From contig JAYWIR010000039.1 of assembly GCA_036172245.1 (NCBI GenBank), forward strand, positions 1,488,001 to 1,552,000: a DNA stretch of 64,000 nt. Reading direction: 5' to 3'. The notes beneath the pieces are model-generated. The model searched no databases. It had not been told where the DNA came from and was given only the letters and a program-made list of their open reading frames with translations. The stretch's first letter is position 1; each line of letters opens with the position of its first letter. The stretch is from Raillietiella orientalis (taxonomy: Eukaryota). Shown one piece after another: positions 55,270-64,000 of the stretch. The position numbers were made by a program, and so were the translations under genes.

Positions 55270-56439
55270 CGTCTTTCTTTCACGTGAGCGGAGGGTGCGC
55301 AAAAGCCGTCCGTTTCCGACGGGGGCGGCCACTCCCTGCTCCGCGACGCCGTATCCGTACTGCACGCTTCTCGTACACCCGACATTGCATTCACTTGTAC
55401 CATTTTCCTCACGCGCCGTTTCGTGGTCGACTGTTTATGGAGTCTCTTCCCAAAGCCAAGGCTGTCCGGAAATTGTCCATCATTTCAAGAAAAATCACGT
55501 AAAACGAAAAAGGCGTGTTGTTCCGTGTTCGAAGTGTGCGCTGGGGAATGAAATCGTCTGTACCCAGAACCAGGACGTGTCCGACGAAAGTTGCGAAGAA
55601 CCGAAGTATTTGGTTTCGCGGAATCCAAAGGTGCTATGTGAACGGTCATCCCGGGTACTGATCGGGTTGACCGTGGTGTTCGCAGCTCCTATTTCTTGGA
55701 CGTTGTTTCACAGCTTCTACAGCCCTCTCGGATTGCAGTAGCATTCTAACCATGCCCTCCAAAATAAATACTGCATGGTGAAATACAGAATTTGTTATGA
55801 AAGTTGTAGTACATAGCACAGTAGTACACCCAGGGCAACTTGCGAGCATCGTGTTGGACTCATTCGGAGGAATATTACAAAGAAGCGCAAATTATGTGGA
55901 CGTGCACGTCATTCAGCTGCGAACCATTGAAATGCAGCTTATTATTTGGTCATTTGTTTTTCAGTATTCTAGGCTGAACGGATGTAATAGCGCTTATTAG
56001 CGACATGCGCTCATTACCGCTTCCGTTACTGAGTGTAAGGGACTGCACCCTGTGGCCCCGGAGCATAGGTACAGTTTCTGGTGTACTTTCCTGTACAGCC
56101 TCGTTCATCGTTGGTGCGTAGTTCAGCGGATTTGGTCGGATCGTTGACTTGACGGCCGATTGCAGTGACACAGTCTGTAGACTGCGGATCTCCCGGATGC
56201 AGAACCGACCGACACTTGTGTGCATCACAGATGGGCTTTGCTCTCGTGGCAAATGGATGATGCTCTTCCCCAAGGATTGCCAGTGCGATGATTGCACCGA
56301 TGTTTATGGCGCGAAGCGGAAGCCGACAACTAAGAGACAGTTGCAGGCGTGACGACCCAGCAGCCCGGATCGTCAACTGACAACGGAACACAGCCCTGAG
56401 CAAACACTAGACACAGTCCTGAACTACAATAAAAGATAG

Positions 56440-57830
56440 GAGACATATCAGTGAATTGGCATGCATGGGGCTCATCCGAGAACTCCAACGACTCAACATC
56501 CCTCAGAAGGAAGTCCAGGTACCTTGGCGTTCTGTTAGGGATCTTCGTAGCAGGAGCCTGGCTGGAATGTCTCCAAAAGCCGGAATGCATGTTCGGCCCG
56601 TTCCTGGATCACAATTTTCTCGCTTGCTACAGCTGACCCTTGCTACACTTTCCTCGTTTGCAAACAGTGAAGTTTTTCCCGATGTGGGTATTAACTTCGG
56701 CAGATGGTTGCCTTGGCAAAGGATAACGCTTGGGCCTCCTGTCTTTCCAAAAAAAGAAGTGTCTATTTACAGAAAATAGTTCAAACTTGTAAGAAAAAAA
56801 ACCATGATACGAGCCCGTAGCAGTCCCAGTGCCTAATATTCTGCAATTGCTCTCGCTGCTCGTTGCCGGAGGTAATCGAAAGCCCCAGGAAGAGCAAGTA
56901 GTCGCAAGACACCCCCCGCTTGCTCCAACGCGGACCTCCCCAAAGCAGAACGGCAGCGATAGGTGTCAAGATGGGAGATTTGCGCAGTCTCAGTAAGAAG
57001 GAAGCCGTTGGGATGTTCGATAGCTCGTCAACTTGCTGAGACTTCTAGCCTATCTGGCCACCTCAAAGTGCGGGCCATCTGAACCAATCTTGGAGTTCTC
57101 CTGGAAAACCTGAAGATCCCTGCCATGTATTTTGAGGAGCTCCATGCTTACCCTAAAGTGCCAGGGCTTGGGTTGTTCCCTTAGAACGCACCCCGGCACC
57201 ACTGGATCAGGAGCGTCCGGCCCCGGATCGTGCCCGATGCGATGAAAGGGAAACCTTCCCACACCTGTTTTCCGAGTGTTTTGCCCTTCGGAGCGTGTGG
57301 CAACATTTTGCTACAGTCCTGCAGTTTCCAAGGGACAACCCGGAATACTTGGCGAGACGCCTCTTGCTCAGTGGCGCAATGTCGCCTGTCGCAACGACTG
57401 CAACTTCGTTCTACCTCTGCAAAACCGTGGCGACGAGAAGCAACGCCGAACGAGTCCAGACAAACAGGGAAGCCATCCTCCATCGTATTCTCCTACCTGG
57501 AGACCAAGAAAGGATGGCCGCACCTCACACGCCACAAGCAGGAGCTGATCCTGGGTCGGATGCTGATCACGCCAGGAAGTTGCTCGTGATCCCTTCCTTT
57601 CCCCCCTCAATCTTTTTTTTGCAAACATTGTTTTTTTGTTGTTTCTATTTCTTGTAGCTCCCTACTTCCCCCTTATCTTCCCCGCGCATGACTCGCTGAA
57701 GCAGACTGTTTGCGAATAAAAGCCTCTCCTGCCCCTGTATCGATGTAATCCTATTTCTGATCCCATTACGACTTATGTACATATCCATTGTTGACAGTTC
57801 ATTTATCGATAAGATTTCCACAATAAACAC
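56440..57830 (+). mobile_element. Decayed 5'-truncated L1/Tx1-like non-LTR retrotransposon (ORF2 3' part plus 3' UTR)
   Basis: RT thumb motif KSRYLGVLLG at ~56510. Zinc-finger-like RARCDERETFPHLFSECFALRSVW at ~57225-57300. AATAAA signals near 57715 and 57821. Frameshifted. Confidence 0.75.
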
Positions 57831-57859
57831 CACAGTGTGACCCCCTCATCCCGCACAGT

Positions 57860-60800
57860 CCGACCATTTATTTCAAATCAATCGATCGACCAAAAGAGCA
57901 CAATTGCGTCGACCTTCTCTCGAGACAGAACTACGGAGGCTTGGAGGGCGAGCAAAGGAGGACACCGAATACATGAATAAATAAGGAAGAAGACGGGTCA
58001 GCCTCGCGGTATTCTGCTTGATTCCCGAGCGTCTGCGTCTCGCAGGGAAGGGACGGAAGGGGTCTTCACCGGTTTCGGGACAGTCTGCCCACAATCGATC
58101 TAAGGTCCTCTCCTACCGCACTTCTCGAATCGGACCATTTCGTCTCCCTTCGCATACAGAAGCCGATGGCGATTGCAAGCGGCTCTCCGAGATGTCGGCC
58201 GCATTCCTCCTCACCCATCTTGGCAGCCATCGCTTCTCGTACGTGGCAGTGGATCATCAGCGACGAGGGGACCGGCGTGCCTGCAAACTCAAAAGAGCTC
58301 GTTTGGGCGGCGGCACCGTGGGGACCGAAGTGCCCCAGAGGTGCGCTTTCGTCCCCTGCGCAGACTCTCACGTCTAAGTAGCACGTGCGGGGATGTTTCC
58401 ATCCCTTGTCTCGCAGCGAGGGCATTCCTTGGGCACCCTCCCCGCTGAGGCGCGCTGGCGTTCTTCGTTTCCGGGGGGGGGGGGGAGGCGTCCAGTGCTC
58501 CGGCAAGATGGAAGTCTGCTGGGCTCCGAAGAGGGCATGGACGGAAGCATCGACCAGCAAGTACGGGGTCTTCAGGTTCTCCCTGGTGATCCCCAGGGAC
58601 TCCACCCGTCTTTGGGGGACAACGAGTTGGAGCTTTCGGAGTGATTCCATTCGTCAGGCGAGAGACCTCCCACTGGCCAATGGGCTTAGTGACTCTGGAG
58701 ATACAGCAGGTCACACCTCCCGTTCTGAGGAGCATCCTCTTTCTCCTGCTACCAACGGTGAAGCGTTGGACACATGGTGTCCTCAGTAGTCATACGCTGA
58801 GACGCGAACCACGCTAATGCCGTCGAGTCTCCCTGCGAGGACAGTCTCCCCATCCGATGATGGGGTTGCAGTTCAGGAGGGTCGGACTTTCCGTCCGCAT
58901 CCACGTTCCCAGCGATTCCTGTATCGCCGGGCGTTATTGTTCAGCGGGCGACAGGATGCCAGTCGTGTTCCTTCACAGGCAGAAGCGATTGGGAGTAGCA
59001 GGTGTTGCCCAGAGCTCGCCCGAGGTTGCGTGCGGGAGGACGGACGCCAATCCCTCGCAGTTCCCTGCATTCTCCCAGGAGAATGTGCGAGGAGAGACGC
59101 CAGTGCGTGCTCCACAGCCCCGCCACGAGGACCAATGCATCTGCATCTGCAGGTCCCTCTCTTCGCTAGGGGAGGGAGGGGGGAGGACTTTGTTCCTTCA
59201 GATCCGTCGGAGTCCCGACAGAGTTCGCCTCGTCAGGCTGGCAGCTTGCCGGCGCACCCAGCTGTATCTGGGATCACACAAAAGAAAGGGACCGAAAGAG
59301 GGGAGCGACAAAAATGTTCCGCTCTGCTGGCCTCTCGGAAAAAGGCAGTCGGCTGTCGCGAAAGGAAGCCATGGTACGTTGTGCCTTTTCCAGGCACCAT
59401 GATTCTCATGGGAAGAACGAACCCATGGGCACCCCAGTTGATTAAGGGGGAAGCTCCCAAGAGAATTTCCACGGAAGACCAGTCCGCGTCCATCACCATG
59501 CCCGAAGCCACATGATCTTCCACTTTGCCAGTCCACATGAACGCCGGCACCCTGGCGAAGATACCCGAGGAATGTTCCGAGTCCGTTTGCTCAGGAGGAG
59601 GGCAGGTTACACCGCTACACCGGGAGCGTCATCGTAGTGGGAAGGGAGACAGTCTACAGCAGTGAGACTCAACCTTCCTTCTTCTCGGGGCCACATACAT
59701 AAGTTTGCAACGTCACGCGGGCTGTATATAGTACGTTATATAATATAGGCATGTAAAAAAAAAATTATACATTAATACATTTTAATTAATTCCACAAATT
59801 TCAACACAATATCATTGTTTTTACATTTATACATTTTATGCAAAAAAATCTGAAGAATGGATGGGTGTAAACACTTTTTTGATTGTGGTGAGTTAAGCAC
59901 ACAGACTGTGTATTCTCTCCGCGTACCAACTCTTGAAATTACAGGAAACGAGACTGTACACAACAACGTTATTGCACGAATTCACGAAACAAACAAACGG
60001 CAACCCGAGAGAGGCGCTGTGCGCGCGGGTGCCAACCGTTCACGATTTGCCCTTTATGAAAAAACCACCGTCCGCCTATCAGAATTTAAAAAAAAAATAC
60101 TCCATGGCTTTGAATGCTATAGGCCGCGCATAGAAGCTTGGTGGGCCGTAGATTGAGTATCGCTGGGCTAGAGTGCGTCGGTACGCCTCAGTACCAGTTC
60201 AAGGGCCACGCTGAAAAAAGGGTATAGGGATCAAGCTGTCACCCATGTGATTCCTCGTCTGAAACGTAATGGCCTCAGTAAGCAGGCCGCCGGAAGAGAT
60301 CAGATTTTTCTCCTCGCGCCACAGCAAGCGCAAGTAGCTGAGGAAGCCGTCTGGGAAGTCAAACCACCCCAGCAGCCTGAGAAAGATCTCCTGATCGACT
60401 CAGTCGAAAGCCTTTCGAAGGTCGACTGCGACGGCCAGTCCTCGTTTCTCCAGCGGGAAATCGCGCGGATACCCCCGGTCAGCTCGCGCTGTTTTTTGGC
60501 TGTTTCAGCGGCTGTGATTTCTCTCTGCAGCCCTGAACTAGGTGTGGACGTAGAGCAGGTTGGTTCGACCTGGAACCGCGTAAGTCTGCTCCGAGCTGAT
60601 TATGAATTCCTCCAACTGTCCTATTCGCACTCTCCACACCTTGGATAGCAAATTGACGACCGCGTGTTCTGGAGACGGGACTCCTTCGGTGGAGCGAGCT
60701 TGTGAGCGTCACCCCCGAGGAGCTTGTGATCCCTCTCCAGCTCTTGGAAGCATCTGTGTTCTTGCAGTCCTGGAAGCAGGGTGTGCTGTTCTTTCTGCAC

Positions 60801-61190
60801 TATGGATTCCAGTGCAACGAGCGCCTGCTCCAGGTTTCCACAAGGATTGGATCCTTGTTGAACTGCGCCAGGTGCGAGTAGGCGGAGTCTATCCCACAGC
60901 ACCTGCTACTGGACTGCGGCACCCTCCAGGAACTGTAGCAGAGGCTCGCATCAGAGCTTCTGCACCAGGACACCGCCTGCGACCTACTGCGGGAGGTTCT
61001 TGCACAGCGGATCGCAACGATGGGTTGCATCCGCAACATCGTCATGGCCTGTCATGTGCTCGAGACGACCACGCAGCGAGGGGAGGTCACCAATGTGGCA
61101 GCTGCTTACATGAGGGCAGCGGCAAGGTAGCCTCACCACGAAGGGGCAAAGGCAGAGGTCGTTGGCATCCAGTGCTGGCCCCGAAATGAA
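57860..61190 (-). mobile_element. Decayed L1/Tx1-like ORF2 (RT plus C-terminal zinc finger), interrupted by a hAT MITE
   Basis: Motifs in order on the minus strand: LSKVW..R..IISSEQTYAVPGR, AVDLRKAFD*VD, GDSL..FFSVALELVLR, [MITE], SHYDDA (~YADD), ASGMVMDADWS (~SGxxxNxxKS), TTYHGF (~xYLG), ECPRCETR/METSPHVLL. Confidence 0.85.
59660..60165. mobile_element. hAT (Charlie/MER30-like) non-autonomous MITE
   Basis: Imperfect TIRs: CAGTGAGACTCAA on the left and TTGAGTATCGCTG on the right (reverse complement CAGCGATACTCAA). Subterminal GGGCCACAT / TGGGCCGTAG motifs. The 8-bp flanks GTCTACAG and GGCTAGAG match at 6/8 and resemble the NTCTAGAN target. AT-rich interior. Confidence 0.8.
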
Positions 61191-61229
61191 GGAACGGCCG
61201 ACACTGATGACCCTTGTCCCTAGCCTCCC

Positions 61230-62690
61230 TTTATTTATTTTGTTTTTCTTTATTGCCCACTCCCTTTCGCTCCCGACTTTTCCCAGTATTTTACATATTT
61301 CTCCTGGTGTCTATGGAGCGACACCAAAGACCCTTGCCGTACTTCCTAATTTGTTTGCCGGTCTCCACCTGTATTGATGAAACAGCTCTCCAGGAAGGTT
61401 CGGAGTTGCTTTCGGGCTTCCGGATGGCTGATCTAGCCTTTGGGCATATCCTGGATCTTCGTTTCAGGGTCCTCATTATCGAGAGGAAACAGGTCAAGCT
61501 CTATCCTGGGATCATCCTGCAAGGTTGATCGTGTTTGTCTTCGTCGTCCCACTCCTGAACAGAGGTGGTCAACACAGCAATTGCACGCTCCGGGAGATCC
61601 TGGAAGATCCCATGAAAAGTGAGTGGGGGGGAAGAACCTTCTTCGAGGCAGCGCTGCCCTCCCTCAGGGAACATATGGGCAGCATCCTGGCTGTCAGATG
61701 GGGGGTGAGTGCGAGCATCTCCGGAAGGAGTGAAAGACTGGGGGAGTGGAGGGCGGGACAGCTCGCGGATGCTGCGGTCCCAAGTATCCCGCCCCATGGA
61801 CTTTTGCGCTGGGCGAGCTACTGAATATTCCGTTGGAACATCTGAAGTGGCCCCTGGTGCTTATGGATACCCGCACCGTCCTATTAAAGTGACAGCCCGC
61901 GTCGGAGGCCTTGTGGTTAAGGCTTCCGCGTGTGGCACCATGAGTCGCGGGTTCGAATACTTCGGCAGAAACTCTGACGCCACTGCGTTGTCGAGTTCCG
62001 AGTTTCTCCTGCAGCTCTGGCTGGCCGAGACATTCGGGCGTGGCACCGGCGGTGGATTAAGCCGGAGGCCCCGATGAAGGCCAGAACAATGGGAGTCGAC
62101 CTTCGGGTCCTCCCAGGAATCAAGGAGTGGGGAGTTCCCCCTCCTGTTGCGCAAAGGAGAGCGGACCCCCCACCACCACCACCGGGGGACCCTCCGAGTC
62201 GTGGCCTCTTCACAGAGTGCACAAGGAAGCGAGAGCGATTCCCTGCGGGAAGGTGCAGCGCCCCTTCTGAGTTTCGGAAGCGTCCCTTCGGGGTTCTCTT
62301 CAAAGGAGTGAACAGAGCGGTTCCCTTGAGGGTTCCCTCAGGAGAAGAAATTCCTACAAGCGGATCCTTTCCGGGTTCCCTTCGGGGAAGTTGAAATGAA
62401 GTTGAAATGGAGAGGACAGCCCCTCCCCATTGGTGGAGGGTGTCCTTCCGGAGAGAATGAGGAAGGAGATTCCCTTCGGGGCTCCCCTTCGGAGACAACC
62501 AGGGTGGGAGATGCGATCCCCCCCGTCCGGGGAGATCCCTCCCCAAGAGTGAGAGGAACGGACTCCGAGCCCTTCCTGGATTCATAGGGCGGACCCCCAT
62601 CCCGGGGTGCCCCCTATCCTGAAGAATTACACGCCTCCCTGCGGGTTGCCGCGGGCGGAGGGGCGTGGAAACAAAATAGTGTGTTTAATG
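61230..62690 (-). mobile_element. Probable ORF1/5' region of an L1/Tx1-like element, degenerate
   Basis: GC-rich and on the same strand directly upstream of the RT. Contains broken ORF pieces (EFLPKYSNP, FNRTVRVSI, a knuckle-like remnant), short CCCTTCGGGG-type repeats at 62280-62490, and an A-rich spacer near 61230-61255. Confidence 0.5.
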
Positions 62691-62842
62691 TTTAAAAGAA
62701 GAGCCACGTGCGCCGCGAGGCACGCGACCGGCTCTTAGGTACTTAGCGAACCAAAAAAAAGAAAACTCTTAAAAAAAAAAAAAAACTGAAAGAAAGCGAA
62801 GAAGAACAGCGAAGTCAGAAGAAAAAGAAGAACCCAAAAGGG

Positions 62843-63993
62843 ATGTTGCTTAACAACTCGAAAGGTCTGATGACTGCGCTGCTAGGCCAAGTAGGGGAGT
62901 GGATGACCATCGACCCGACCTGGAGGAGGAAACAACTGCTGGTACGAAAGTACAAGATCAAGATCGTGCCAAGAAGCAGGGAACTCTGGCAACAGGAGTC
63001 CATCCTCGTGATCCCTTGGATGCTTCCGGTCCCGGACGATACCCGAGGATGGATCTACCGGCGGCACAGAGTTACCTTGCAACGAATCCAGGAATGGAGA
63101 AAAGGAGGCCACCTACATCATGCTCGTATACTTCGGTATATCGAGAAGATGCTAGGTAGGTTCACCCACCGGACCCGCGAAGTGTGGATAAACCACGATG
63201 ACTTTGCGTGGTCCAGGGTGACCAAAACAAACCTCCGAAGAATGATAAAGGATCAAGATGAAGACACCAGTGCCCTCCAGGAAGCGGCCAATCGCTACGG
63301 AAGCAACAGGATCAACCTGTTGGCGATCGGCACGACCCTATGGAGGAGTGACCTTCCGCCGGACAGCCAGGACAACCTCCTGATGTTTTATCACGGAGGA
63401 ATACTGAGCGGGTCCAGACTAAAGTACTTCACAAGAAGGAGAGGAGACGAAGACTGCCCAGCATGTGGAGACACGGATACCAGACTTCACATCCTGACGT
63501 GTCCCACATTGCTCCACGACTGGCTGATCCTTAAACGGATCATTGGACGCACCACCAGTTTCACGATGGAGATCCTAGCCGGGATGTTTCAGGGAGATGG
63601 TAATGTTCCCTGTTACAATCCCATGGTGAGGACGACCATTGTCCTCTTCATCACTGCCATTCTGGTGCGGTGGTGGAAGATGAGGAAAGCCAGGAGAGCC
63701 GCACCTCCGATGGAGATCCTGCAAGGACTCCTGAAGAAGGAAATCGGCATAAGAAATTGTGGAAGACGAGCAGCCTGGACGTACAGACTCATCCTTAAGA
63801 GGATTGAAGACGACGCTTGGGACCAAACATCCGCATACCCACCCTAAGTGCAGAACTTCAGTGAATCCCAAGGACTTCCAGTGAATACAGAACAAGTAGT
63901 GTATTGTATGAATGTGACTGTAGTGTGAATGATATTGAAAAAAAATGAAAATAAATTTACCCCACCCCTTGTGGGACTTGGGAAAAAAAAAAA
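62843..63993 (+). mobile_element. Young 5'-truncated L1/Tx1-like retrotransposon (open ORF2 C-terminal 334 aa, 3' UTR, poly(A))
   Basis: Uninterrupted ORF 62843-63847 with CCHC zinc finger DCPACGDTDTRLHILTCP and no RT core. AATAAA at ~63950 followed by an A-tract at ~63983-63994. A-rich 5' flank. Confidence 0.85.
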
Positions 63994-64000
63994 AGAAAGA

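Noticed and set aside
55950..56420. Possible decayed RING/B-box (TRIM-like) sequence on the minus strand
   Set aside because: Cys/His spacing emerges only by switching frames several times, which is too weak without a search.
1..64000. CRISPR arrays, rRNA/tRNA genes, prokaryotic operons
   Set aside because: None seen; the sequence is intron-containing eukaryotic DNA.

Overview
Eukaryotic genomic DNA, most likely arthropod (Hey ends [10 protein letters not shown]; Lgl starts MFKFIRGKG). I assembled four spliced protein-coding genes by hand from GT/GC-AG boundaries and reading-frame phase: Hey (+, 3363-5523), endoplasmin/GRP94 (-, 17633-21241), iRhom (-, 27981-~34873) and lethal(2) giant larvae (+, 41548-53858). 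They are followed by a TNFAIP8-like pseudogene and a ~7.5 kb cluster of L1/Tx1-like retrotransposon fragments, one interrupted by a hAT/Charlie-type MITE. The top finding is a hidden pair of tandem, homologous 137-nt exons in GRP94 (18409-18545 and 18161-18297) that can only be used mutually exclusively. They swap the loop matching the gp96 client-binding domain, and complementary intronic segments flank the first exon. Other observations: an iRhom that keeps both Ser and His of the rhomboid dyad (GPSG), two consecutive GC-AG introns and very short 42-55 nt introns, Su(H) sites upstream of Hey, and an ERSE-like element upstream of GRP94. All homology calls come from recognising motifs by eye; no database search was run.
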